Assembly (NCBI RefSeq): GCF_027921745.1
Contig: NC_079239.1
Location: forward strand, 1,922,001 to 1,986,000
Origin: Schizosaccharomyces osmophilus
Taxonomy: Eukaryota
Length of the DNA: 64,000 nucleotides
Direction of reading: 5' to 3'
Positions 21,869 to 33,999 of the stretch are shown piece after piece. The translations under genes were made by a program, and so were the position numbers. Below the pieces are notes generated by a model. That model was not told the origin of the DNA, ran no database searches, and worked only from the letters and a program-made list of their open reading frames with translations. Within the stretch, counting starts at the first letter, position 1. Each line of letters opens with the position of its first letter.

Positions 21869-24522
21869 CTACTCCCCTGTAACAATTCGTAAAAATAAAT
21901 ACACTATACATCCTACAAAACGGACCGCAGAAAATGCAACAACGCTCCAAAAACTAGTATTTTCGTTAGTAACACTTGCCAAATGAAAATCCCTTTCACT
22001 TACAGAAAAGCTAAGTAATAGCTTGTTTTATTTTCAGAAATTGAAATTCCATTTGTCTGATTCAAGTTTATGACGACCGCAACTAGCGCAAGGTTGGAAT
22101 AAATCCAAGCCAACACAACAACCGTTCTGAAGTTTTTATAGAAATCTTGTCTTTTTATTGACACATCTGTACACAAGAGTGTTTTGTCAATTGGACTTGC
22201 TAGTAAACGAACAGCTTTTTCGTAATTGTCATCAATATCAGATTCGTTCGTGGGTATGGCAATTTCAACAGCAGTTCCTCTATGATCCTTTTTGGCAATA
22301 CCCAAATCGTTTGAGGCAGTATGGTCTCCTTTAGTGCCCCAGGATACATCGTGTGTGTTACAAATTGCGTAAACACTTAATAGGTTGGTATATATTGGCG
22401 ACAGAAGCAGGTATTGAAAAAAAGATGTCAGCATATGCCAAGGATCGCAAGAAATTACAGAAATAATTGCATACATTCCATATGTAATAGTTAGTGACAC
22501 CACTATGTTTATAAAAATCGAGTTGTTGGCTAAAGCATATCCAATGGAATAATTTTGGTCTTTTGCGACATCCATCGCATGGACAATTCCACGATACGCG
22601 ATCCAAGCGGAACAGAACAAGAGGTAACACATTAACAAAGTATACAGAACTATCATTGTAGTATAAAAGATTTTAGAACCATGCGGGCGATTTCCCAATG
22701 CCAAGATAAAACAAGGAATCAATAAAGCCCCATAAATCCAGTTTACTACTTTTGCAAGTACAGCACCTGGAGGAAATTTTGCTTCTTTTGGGGCGACGCT
22801 GGACGTCAGGACATAAAAGATGATAAAGAAGTTACCAACATTAAACCATGAATACAACATGTGTAGAAACAGATAGAAAAATTCAACTATTAACAAAAGT
22901 TTTCGACCAAAAGTGTGAGTGCTTTGAAAAATCCGATAATAATGAACAATGGAATGAAGGGCTGCAAAAAAGCTTCCGTTCAACCAACGTCTTCTCTGTA
23001 AAATGAATTCGGGTACACGATCGGGGACATCTGTATCGGCAAATGCAGACTTGACATAATGCAATATCCAAGCTTCATTATGCTTGGATACTAATTCAAA
23101 ACAAAGAATGCGATCTTTCGCTAAAAACATATTTGCTTCAAATATTCCTGAGCATTCACCATCTTGTAACTCTCCTCGAAAATAACTTTCCAACGGGCCG
23201 TTGCCGTTATCGTCGTTTATGAGAGCTTCATACCGGTAAGCACTAAAGGCTCCTGGTAGTACAGAAATAAAACCAAAAATACTTTCCAAAGGCTTATCTA
23301 GTAAATTGCTCATTTTGTATTCAAAGTTTTGGATAGCAACTAACGGATTAAACAAGCCAGATCCATATTTTCCCTTCATTGCGACGATTTCACCACATGC
23401 ACCGGCAACTCTTGGGTTTATATCAAATGATTTCCAAAGATGGTAAATCGACTGATCCCCTGGCCGTGTTCCAGCATCCAGCAATATACAAACAGTTGGC
23501 TGCAGGACAGGGCAAAGTGCTTGAAAAAACCAACGATGAGAGTTAATTTTCTGCTTATTTTGTTCCTTTAAACAGAAAACAATCTGTACTGGGACTATAC
23601 CTTTTTCAGAGCCCTTGAATTTCAGATTAGGATCGATGGATAATTGAGTCGTATACTCGTATATATGGGCGGTGACTTCCTTTTCATTGACTTTGTTTTT
23701 GGCAATGCCGTCTTGATAAACGCCAATGGAAGCCAAGTAAGCTAAAGTCTTTGGATGTATTTTGGTTCGGCCATCGGCAATAATGCATACGACTACCTTT
23801 TTCCATGCGTCTACTCCCCATACAGGAGAGCTTCTTTTAGAACAGAGATAAGAAATGTTCTTCATGATGCTATGCATCGTGCGTGCAAATAAAATTTCGT
23901 CTTCATTGTAGATAGTAATGGCAATGCAAATCTCTGTCTTTCGAGGTTGAGCAAACAATGGTTGTCGCAGTGTAAATAAATTTTTGACAAAGTCTTGAGG
24001 CTCACAAGTAGCAGCTGTGTAACGAACGTAGGTAAATTCCCGATCTTGCTGCTGAGGCAGACTAGCAATGAGCTTCTTGGGAACAGGACAATCCAACACT
24101 AAATTTCCCCGGAAGAGTTCAACTCTTTGAAGTGTCTTTTTTCGCTTTAAACGAGCTCCATGATTTGATTGTTGCCGTGCGAGTTTTTTTTGACTTGGTA
24201 TATTCCGGTCATGCGAACTAATGGGATTCGGTTGCGCGGTATACCCTTCAAAAGGAACAGATGCATCTTTTCCTTCTCCTGTTATATAGTCATCAATAAT
24301 GAAATCATCTATGGAGGGAGCATCTGAGGAAACGATAAGATGTCTGAACTCTTTCTCATCTTCGTCCGTTTCAGACCCTTGAGAGTTAGATCCATTTGAA
24401 CTTTGATAATTAAGAGTCGGAACCGTCAATAGACTACCACGATTTTGCGGTTCTGTAGTGAGACCTGCTACTTCTTCTTCATCAGCTGGGCGTGGAAGAG
24501 GTCGTCGGATCCATCGGCTCAT
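21869..24522 (-). CDS. chs1: Chitin synthase I (GT2); exons 24522-22004, 21953-21869
   Basis: [27 protein letters not shown](K)DRIL, QRRRW and [10 protein letters not shown] short 3' intron restores the last TM ([14 protein letters not shown]..). Confidence 0.95.
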
Positions 24523-24916
24523 TTCGCTTAATTAGGATAAATATACCTTATAGAAACCTTTACGAATAGCAGACTAGTTGTCAAAGAAGTTCGGTTTTCC
24601 CTCAGAACAGCCGAGGCTTGGTTTTTTAAAAGAGCGTCCCCTTTCTTAAAAACGAGTAATTTTAAAATGACTTAAACAGGAATTATATAATTCTTAAGCC
24701 TTCGCCTTTGAATAGTAAAGTAATGGTGTCCTGAATTGTGTAGAAAAGACAATTTGCTACAAGCCAACTGAGTTGCTTATCATGAAACGAAAGGAATGAA
24801 AGCTAAATAAACAATGCAAATGTGATAAGCCGGCTTTCAATAGCATGTAATGTATCAAAGGAGAAGGTAGCAATTTATGTGGACCATACTTACTGTCTTA
24901 CACCAAATTCAAACAA

Positions 24917-24923
24917 GTAAACA
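24917..24923 (+). promoter_or_regulatory. FLEX/forkhead core GTAAACA upstream of chs1
   Basis: Motif about 400 bp upstream of the ATG, with GTAAATA nearby. chs1 is sporulation-associated in S. pombe. Confidence 0.35.
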
Positions 24924-26434
24924 CAGAAAGCCATTACGTGGCTAAGTAAATAGATGTCTAATCATCGTTGCTGTTAGAGAGAAAAAAAAGAAATATTTTA
25001 TTTATAAAGAAGGAAAGACTCTGTGATTGTTCTTGGTGAAATTTGAATGTTTCTCTTTGAGCTGATTTTGGAGTGATATTCGTTGAATACTCAAATGAAG
25101 TCCGTCAGATATTGAGGTTTAAGATTTTCATTGCAGTTTAAAGGCAAGTCTTTTGGGCATCGTTTCATTTCCAAGTGATAAGGCATCGAAGCCTCTCAAA
25201 TGGGAACTTGAGGACCCCAGATGAACGAGCCTGCATGTCTATTATAGCCAATTCTTGAGACTAATGATTTGATTTCCTCTTTTCTGTTTCTTTGGACCAG
25301 GCTTCCTTTTCCTTCATGGCCATTAAACTTGAAGCAAGTGGTTCTTCCACAATATGAATACTACTTGGTATATAAACAATTGTTGTCTAAAATTTTATTA
25401 CTGGAGCTCTAAGCTTTAAGCTTTCTAACTAAGTCATTAACATCGCTCTCGTACAATCGCGAGGCATTTTTAGATGTCCACGCATAAATTCAAATTTGTT
25501 TACACCGAATTGAAAGCTCTTTTAAAGTGAAGACGAAATTTATGTTTTGTCTTTTTTTTTTTTTTTTTTTTTTTTTTAAGAAATGGACGTTCAAATGCGC
25601 TCCAGGCAAGTGCGACTGAAAAGAAAACCATGGTTGATACATTATGGAATTTAGTGATCGTAAAGAATCTAAATATCGCTCCTTTGGCTCTCTTCCAGGA
25701 GAAATGGAAAGTCAGCATATTTTCATAAGAAATTTATTGAATCAGTTGTCGTTGGTAACATATGCAATCTTTCTTTTATATCTCTTGTCCGATAGAAATG
25801 AAGGTTGTCTTTTCCGACACGAATTCTTTGCAATTAAGCAATTAATGAGTGTGAGCTTAGCTTCCCATGATTAATGTTTATAATCCTCTGTTTATTTCTT
25901 CTTCATACGGCTTGTTAAGATCCATTCGGCATCTGCTATTCAATGGATCCTGTATAGCAATTGCTGTAACACGTCTTTGACCCATTTAAAAGCTTAAAGT
26001 TATTCTTAACATTAAGAAAAATTTTACATAAAAAAAAACATGTATCAATATAGCATTTATGTCAAAAAGGCATTTTTTTATTAAGACAATATTATTTGCT
26101 TTCATTATTATAACAAATTTCAACGCTAATTTCCTCTTCGTTGGAACTCGGTATCCCAAAATGCTTGTCCTCACGAGCGCTGGAATTTGTCGAGTGCCAC
26201 ATATCGCGTTTCGTAGTCTTTTTGACATTTAGAGGAGATTACCTCTAACTTTGTTAAAAACAAAGTTATTTGTTCTGTTGGGAACATTGGGATTTAGCTC
26301 TGGGTCCCTAGGGTATTCTTGGTTTTTTTTCTCGAATTTTTTTTGACACAAAAAAAAAATAGATTTGCTTTTCAGATTTTACCGACATTTGTATGGAATT
26401 GAATCTTTGCCTAGAAATCTGGATTGAATAGAAG

Positions 26435-27088
26435 ATGTTAATGGAGCCGGATCATTTACATACGGCAGTCAACCGTTCGATGACTTCGCGTGAAGGTAGA
26501 AGCAAAAACCGGTTTAACCCCATTACAGGGGCCAGGCTCGCTGCTGGTGTGATAGCGCTTTCGGCGGACAAGCGAAATGTATTGATGGTCTCATCAGCGA
26601 AGAAGCTACCCTGCTGGGTTGTACCAAAAGGTGGTTGGGAAGCTGACGAGTCAGTACAACAAGCAGCTTTGCGTGAAGGCTGGGAGGAAGGAGGATTAAT
26701 TGGAAGGATCACGCAGTCGCTAGGTTGCTTTAAAGATGATCGTCCAACGGATACGGTTGATCGACGGAAGAAGTACTTGGAGCAACATAGCATGAATTCC
26801 CACCCGCGGCATGGCGATGATGAAACCGCCGATGCAACGCTGAGTTCTCAAGTAGAACAGAAAATGAATTGTATTGAGAGAATAATGATTCCTCCCCGAG
26901 CAGAATGTGAATTCTTTGAAGTTCTTGTGGAACGACTGGAAGACTATTATCCTGAAATGGGAAAGCGGCACAGAATGTGGATGTCGTATGCAGAAGCAAA
27001 AAAGTCTCTGACAAATCGAAAAGATATTTTATCTGCTTTGGAAAAAAGCTCTATCATTAAAGATATGGATGAAAATAATCATTATTAG
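26435..27088 (+). CDS. aps1: Nudix hydrolase (Ap6A / inositol pyrophosphate phosphatase), 217 aa
   Basis: [37 protein letters not shown] (Nudix box), [11 protein letters not shown]. Confidence 0.95.
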   Translation: MLMEPDHLHTAVNRSMTSREGRSKNRFNPITGARLAAGVIALSADKRNVLMVSSAKKLPCWVVPKGGWEADESVQQAALREGWEEGGLIGRITQSLGCFKDDRPTDTVDRRKKYLEQHSMNSHPRHGDDETADATLSSQVEQKMNCIERIMIPPRAECEFFEVLVERLEDYYPEMGKRHRMWMSYAEAKKSLTNRKDILSALEKSSIIKDMDENNHY

Positions 27089-28230
27089 AGTGTCTTTTTT
27101 AATCATGACTGCCTTGTTTCTTATCTATAGTGGTTTCTCTCTTCATTAACCATCATCCATGAAACGACCGTGTTCATTTAATTATTATGGAATCAACCAG
27201 TGCGGCGGGTAATTTTGTTGTATGGCTAATCTATGTTGTGATAACGGATTGGCCTCTTGTTTTAGCCGTTGATGTTTATTTTACGGGATATATCCTCCTT
27301 TTTTATATGTTTATTCTCTCTTTAATTATCATTTGTAACGGTCCTCTTTAAATCCTTATGCTTGTTTTTAACTTGAGTGGAACAACTTTGTTCTCCATTT
27401 ACGTCTATGTACATTTGCTTTGTTGAACAATCAATGGAAGTTATGGGAGTTAGATTTGCTTTCATTATCTCCATCCAGCTTTCATATGTTTCTAAAATCC
27501 TTCTTTTACTTTTCCTCCCACGTATGACTTTTACTACCCTTTTCCGAACATGTTTCAATTATTTTTTCTTTTTATTTCACGTTTTATTTTCATTATAATT
27601 GAAGAAACTTTAGTTGTCCGTTTTGTACTACGCACTGTTTCTTGGTGTTTTCTTCTACCACTCGTTCATTAAATAATAATAGGGTTGTAAAAGAAATCAT
27701 ATTATTTCTAAACCTTTTCTTCCGCTTATGAATATCTTAATCACCATGCATACATTGTTCTTTGCGTGTACTCATAATAGACAAACACATATATGACCGT
27801 AATCTCTTCTGGCAGGCCGTTGAAACAACAGTTAGATAGCAACAAAGCTGGAAACTTTGAGTAATTTATATTTATCACAATAATTTTTTTGTATGGGTAT
27901 GAATGGCTCTTTCATGAAGAAAATGAAAAGGGGATAGGATATGTTGGTTTTCATAGTTTGTATAGGTAAATAATCTATACTGTTTGATACAAAAATAACT
28001 TTCTTACCGTGTAGTGTTTTTATAAAATAAAAAATTATTATTGAATCGCATGCTCTTCCATCTCATGTGTCACATTAAAAGGCTCAACAGTCAAAAAGAA
28101 ACAAGACAGTTCAAGGAAAAGAGGCAACAAGTTCATAAAGGGAGACAGAATATGCGTCTGCAACGGAGAAGGGGACACGATGAGTGATAATAATAAATAG
28201 TTGGAATTTTGGGTAACGATGAAACGAGAT

Positions 28231-28710
28231 CTAACTGGCATGAGGGGAGGAACGGGAGGAATCCGCATCAGAAATCACGATACGGGGCCCTGTATCTGCA
28301 TTCTCCAAAATGCCGTTTCCAAGTTGGTCAAGTCGAAGTTGAAGGTCGTGGGCAAGGTGAGCGGAGTTTGGGGACTCTTCCTTAATAGGTGTCCACCCTA
28401 ATGGGGGAGATCCTGGAGGACTAATAAGCCAATTTTTTTCGGACTTCGGGACTTTTAAACTGGAATTTTGCATAAGGGAAGGATCCTTCGCCGATACGTC
28501 TGGTACATAATGGCAGTCAATTGGGGTACCAGATGGTAAAGTGGTGTATTGGAGAGTATGAAGAGCCTGGCGCTCTGCTCCAGAATTTTCATAAAAGGCT
28601 AATACTTTTCCCAGACCCTTGATCACCTTTGTTGAGTTCGGGTTGGAAACCGAATGTATGAATTCCCGCAATTCTTCGACCGTACTAGAAGTTGTTGTAA
28701 AGACAATCAT
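28231..28710 (-). CDS. rcn1: Calcipressin (RCAN family calcineurin regulator)
   Basis: KNWLISPPGSPPLGW SP motif and PRIVIS PxIxIT-like docking motif. First ATG at 28710. Confidence 0.88.
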   Translation of the reverse strand: MIVFTTTSSTVEELREFIHSVSNPNSTKVIKGLGKVLAFYENSGAERQALHTLQYTTLPSGTPIDCHYVPDVSAKDPSLMQNSSLKVPKSEKNWLISPPGSPPLGWTPIKEESPNSAHLAHDLQLRLDQLGNGILENADTGPRIVISDADSSRSSPHAS

Positions 28711-30240
28711 TGGAATGAAGAAAATGAAAAGACACAAGAAGAGTTTTCTAGAAACAAGCCACAGAAAGGACTATGCAATCCTTCGTTTCAAGAAATAGCT
28801 GATTTGTTGTGCAACGGAAAATTCAAACAACGAAAACAAAAACTATAGAGTTAAAAAGCTTAAAGAAGTTTGGATAGCTCAAGTATGGGTTCAAAGGGAA
28901 AAGAGGGAAGAAATATTTGCAAAGTCAACGATTTATGAACACACTACTAATGAAAGGTTAAGAAGAAAGTCTCCCTTCAACTAGGAGAAAGGGCATAAAA
29001 GCAGGACAAACATGTGATTTTACTCTTGCTTTTAGAATGAAACTTATAAAAAGGAAAGAGAATGGAAATTGGACACCAGTTTATTTAGTCGTTTTTACGT
29101 TAAACGTTGGAAAGGCCAAGCAAATGTAATTGCCAAACAGAATTTCAATTTTCTCCTTAATTGAACTTCTATTTTTCATTTCATACCCGAATCTACCTAT
29201 TGGTTTTGAAATGATGTCTGGTCTTGGCTTGCATCCCATCCTATACAAAATAAAACAAGGACGTCTGAGCGTTTCTTTTTCTTATCTTTCAATTAAATCC
29301 TTCAAGAATTCTGTTCTCGTTGCATACATCACAAACGCTATCCTACCGACTTTTCGTATCAAACCAAGGAGGATTGTCACAAGGCTTTTGCCAGGCTAAA
29401 GCCGCTTCTAGCCTACTTTATATCTCTAGGTGCCTTATTCTTTTCGAATGAACGGTACTTCTGAGATACATTCCCCAAAACTCGTTTGCGAGATTACGGT
29501 GCCCCAATCTCGTCCTCGTCCTCCTTTGGCATCTAGGCCTGCCATAGGTCGTGGGTGATGAAAAAATCACTCCCATCTCCTCTGGAAGAGGTGAATGCAA
29601 GAATTCGTATTGAAAGGCTTCCAATACCCTGCTCGCCCTTCCACCTTCGTTTCTTCTTTTCCATCCAGCTCTTCCTTCGAGCGAATTTCCGGAAGATAGC
29701 AATTCTCGTTTGGACTCGCTATTTTGAAATAGTTGGGCAAGCATATATATCGGCGAACGAGCGACTTTATAAATATAGACGCAAATATGGCACTTGAATT
29801 CTACCAACACCAAAACTAGATTTGGTTGTACGATTGTTGTACGGGTTCGTTTTGAAAATAGAGGAATTTAACTTTTATTTTTTCGGCATTTTATTTGTTT
29901 GGTTTCATTACCCATATTTCCTGTTTGTTCGACGTTCATAGTCGTTGCTTTGGGTTATTTGGGATTCTGCACTACCTGCATCCATTCATTCTAGTTTTTT
30001 TCTTATTCTTTTGTGATTCCAGAGGAGAAGGAAATTACTTCCTTTTTTTATTCATTTGGACTGTTAGATATCGTTATTGCCAGTTCATCAAAAACACTCA
30101 TTGTTTATACCTTGATATCGACGTGCGTTGTTCCTTGAAATCTTCGTGGTTCATTACTAGGGATTCTCTTGTTCAATAAACGTGCAAAACATTTACTTGT
30201 TTGTTTGTTTTTAAGGATTCTGCTCTCTTTACGTACCATC

Positions 30241-30936
30241 ATGACTTTCGAGAAGAAAGTCGTTTTTTTCGACTTGGATAACTGCTTATATCCTAAATCA
30301 TACGCTATTCACGATATGATGGCTTCTCGGATCACCGCCTACTTTGCGGACAAGTTGGGGGTTCCTGAGGATGAGGCAGAGCGTTTGCGCGAAATCTATT
30401 ATCGTCATTACGGTATTGCAATTCGTGGTCTTGTCCTTCATCATCAAATCGACGCTGTTGACTACGACAAACGCGTGGATCAGTCACTTCCTTTGGAAAA
30501 GGTGGTCAAACGCGATGATCGTTTACGCGACATGCTACTTGAGCTTCGTAAAAAATACAAACTCTGGATATTCACCAACGCCTACGTGGTGCATGCCACC
30601 CGTGTTTTGACTCTCCTGGGGATTAGTGATTGCTTTCACGGAGTTACTTACTGCGACTATGATGCCAAAGACTTAGTTGCCAAACCCATGCCAGAAATGT
30701 ATGCGCGCGTTATGAAGGACGCTGGCATCACTAAAAAGGAAAACTGTATTTTTTTTGATGATTCTTACGGAAATATTGTTGGGGCGAGAGATTTTGGTTG
30801 GAAATACACCATCCAAGTGGTTGAAGAGGATGAAGCTTTGCCCGAACCTCAGGCAGGTTCCCATGTGATTCGTGATATTCATGACTCAAAGGAATTTTTG
30901 GATTCTGTAGTTGAAAAAAATGAGCCGGAAGTATAA
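30241..30936 (+). CDS. HAD-family pyrimidine 5'-nucleotidase (Sdt1/Phm8-like)
   Basis: FFDLDNCLY, IFTNA, KPMP and FFDDS (HAD motifs I-IV). First ATG at 30241. Confidence 0.92.
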   Translation: MTFEKKVVFFDLDNCLYPKSYAIHDMMASRITAYFADKLGVPEDEAERLREIYYRHYGIAIRGLVLHHQIDAVDYDKRVDQSLPLEKVVKRDDRLRDMLLELRKKYKLWIFTNAYVVHATRVLTLLGISDCFHGVTYCDYDAKDLVAKPMPEMYARVMKDAGITKKENCIFFDDSYGNIVGARDFGWKYTIQVVEEDEALPEPQAGSHVIRDIHDSKEFLDSVVEKNEPEV

Positions 30937-31993
30937 TCTTGTTCCGTGTTTCCTCCTTCGTTTCTCTCAATCCTTCACATCTTACGAAGAACTCAAAACC
31001 CCCCTCTGTCATCATGTTCTTTTTCTTTAATGTTCACGATTACGATTACGAATAATCCCTGTTCTTCGCCACGCTTTCTTTTAAGTTACAGTTCTCAAAT
31101 TCCTTTCGACGGTGATACTGTCCGTGAGTTGCCGCCTAAGAGTCTATGAGTTCGTTATGCGCTTTGTCCGTTTTATGCGATTTTGTAATGATTGCTTTCA
31201 TGTTTAGAGCTTTTACGTTTCCTTTTATATTTATGAACCATTCGTTTTAGTTTAATGAATTGTTTATTTTTGTCTCATGTTTTAGTCTCTGTCCATGCGG
31301 CATGGAAATCACTTTTCAAGTGTTGGCTTGGTAACTTACCTATGAAGCTTGTGTTTCCACACGAACTTAGGGTCAAACAATCATCTATTATAGGAAAACT
31401 GCAATTGTATCTTTCTATTCTAGAGTTATCATTATCATTTTAAGCCATACATGTACTGTTTTACTATTTATTTACACGAAAGCATATTGTGAACCAAGAT
31501 AGTAGAGTCTTTATGCTCGTTTCGAAAAGAAAATAGTTATTTGTTAGCTTCTAAGACTACTGTTTTATAGTGCAAACCCAACATCGCATTTTGCCATTGT
31601 AGACGTTCGCTGAACTACCAGGTAAAGATCTACAAAACTTCATATCCATATAACAACTACTTAGTAGAGTCCCTTTTTAGGCGGAAAAAGGACCGTCCCA
31701 AGGAAGAAACATCATAAAGGAACCTTTTTGAATGACAGCTTTGCCATTAACGAACTCATAAAAGGGTCTATTTAAAAATTACATACACACATAATAAGAG
31801 ATAAATAAAGAGCTGCCGTTCTTGAAACAAAGGAAAAGCAGTAAAATGCGTTCTAAAGTAGAACCAGCAAGGAACTATACATATTATGTAGGAAGCGTGA
31901 AGCATAACAGGTAATTGGATTGAACCATACATTTCCAGTTTAAAAACAACCGATTAATAACTCAAAGGAAATCCTAAACGGTCATGTAATACT

Positions 31994-33043
31994 TCATGCT
32001 TGTTGGTCACTATCAAGATTGTGAAAAGACAGCACTTCGGAATACATCATTACCTTCCAAGTTTCCACAGGCAAATCACTGTCTTGAAAAGACCAATCGA
32101 AAATTTCGTCTGCGACCGGTTCATCCGTAGGATCATGGTAAGGAGCGAGATATTCGTGGGCCAAAGCGTCAGCAGCACTTATACGCTTACGGGGATCAAA
32201 GACAAGCATCTTTTCTAGTAAGTCAACGGCAGCAGGGTCCGCGTTCTTGAATTTCTCTGCAAAGGGAACCTTTTCCTTTTTGGGAAGTGACTGGACAAAG
32301 CGTAAAGTATTTTTGCTACAAATTGTTTCAATGACTTCCATAGGTGGTGTTCCCAAGAGTTCAGTGATAATGGAGAATTGGTTAACGTGATCGCGGCCAG
32401 GGAACAAAGGTTTTCCTTCTATCATTTCAGCGAAAATGCAACCAGCACTCCAAATGTCCACTTCAACGTTATATTTCTGCCACGTAAGCATAATTTCTGG
32501 AGCTCGGTAGTACCGAGTAGAAACATAGCCAGTCATTTGAGGATCTTGAATACGGGCGAGGCCAAAGTCGCAAATTTTGAGATCACAGTTCTCATTAATC
32601 AAAATATTGCTAGGCTTCAAGTCTCTGTGGATTACACCTGCCGAATGTACGAATTTTAGTCCCCGCAGAATTTGGTATAGGAAATACTGAATAAACTGCG
32701 TCTCTAAAGGTCTCGATGTCAGTAATCGGTGAAGATCTGTACCCAATAATTCTGTAACAAAATAAATGTCCTCAAAGGGAGAAATGAAAATGTCGCTTAA
32801 ACTGATAACACTTTCATGACGCAGATGTTTTAAAAGCTTCAGTTCTCGGTATGTCCTTTTTGCTAAAACTGGCGTACTGAATGGCTTCATGATCTTTTTT
32901 ACGGCGACATTCATTCCAGTGAGCTGGTCCTTTGCTGAACAAACCAATCCAAAGGCCCCCATACCAATCGGTTGCAGGTCGCTGTAACGCGTCGTGATTT
33001 CAAAACACGTACCAAAAATTTGTGTACGAATAAACTCCGCCAT
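31994..33043 (-). CDS. sty1: Stress-activated MAP kinase Sty1/Spc1 (Hog1/p38), 349 aa
   Basis: [32 protein letters not shown] activation loop and the [10 protein letters not shown] domain. Confidence 0.99.
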   Translation of the reverse strand: MAEFIRTQIFGTCFEITTRYSDLQPIGMGAFGLVCSAKDQLTGMNVAVKKIMKPFSTPVLAKRTYRELKLLKHLRHESVISLSDIFISPFEDIYFVTELLGTDLHRLLTSRPLETQFIQYFLYQILRGLKFVHSAGVIHRDLKPSNILINENCDLKICDFGLARIQDPQMTGYVSTRYYRAPEIMLTWQKYNVEVDIWSAGCIFAEMIEGKPLFPGRDHVNQFSIITELLGTPPMEVIETICSKNTLRFVQSLPKKEKVPFAEKFKNADPAAVDLLEKMLVFDPRKRISAADALAHEYLAPYHDPTDEPVADEIFDWSFQDSDLPVETWKVMMYSEVLSFHNLDSDQQA

Positions 33044-33999
33044 ATTATCTTTTCTTTTTTTGACCGCAGTGCTCTTGTCTATACCTGGGTAATTTTCGTT
33101 GTTCTATCAATTCCTGTTTGACGCGTTGAGCTTGCTAAATGGCTCCTTTCGTTGCAATTGGAGAATACTTCAATAAGCTGATTTTAGCTAACTCCCCGAT
33201 CAATAAATCCAGTGGTGTCCGACTGATGTATGTTGTTAAATGTAGACTCAGGCAGTGTTCAATTTTAGACATATGAGCCGTAAGCGGAAATAGCCCTCTA
33301 TAATGAATAGCGCAACGCTATTGTTATTAAAGTTTTCCGAAATTGAGTGAAGTGATTCGTTATCTTATATTAAATATTGGAAGGAGCTTCCATAATGTAA
33401 ATAAATCTTGGAAAAAGATTGATGAATCTTTTATAGGCTCAGAGCAAAAGAATTTCTTTGTTATATCGTTTTCAAATAAAAAACACGAACTAGAACGTAA
33501 GATCAAGGAAATCTATGAAATAATTAAGAGGTGCTGTTTACGAAAATTGGAACAGAAAGCAAATGTAGCTTGCAAATAAGCAAGGTCCATTTCTTGGAAC
33601 TTTTAAGTTTCTCATATAAAGAATAATATCATCTCATTAGGGAAGAAATAAAATGCGCTTTTTTTTTATTTTAATGTACCCTACATAAAGTAGTAATCTA
33701 TTGCAATGCATTCATGAAAAGAAAGAAAGAATGAGGAAATGAAAATCCGTAAACGTCTCAAATGGCGAAAATTCAAGGTCAAAATGACATTGTCAAATAA
33801 TGAGAAATACATAATAGGCTAAGCAGCTTATTTATACCTTAATTGACTTCGTTTTTTTTTAAATGCCGTATTTATCTGGTTTGTTGGCATAAAAGCGTGA
33901 GTTATTGCAAAATCGTCATACAAAAGAAAGAGAAAATCGAAAAAAAGAAAGAAAAAGAGTGGTGACGATCATGGCTAATTTTGACCCGTTTTAAATCCC

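Noticed and set aside
30169..30240. TTG-initiated presequence-like extension of the HAD nucleotidase
   Set aside because: Only 24 codons of T-rich leader; nothing in the sequence supports non-AUG initiation.
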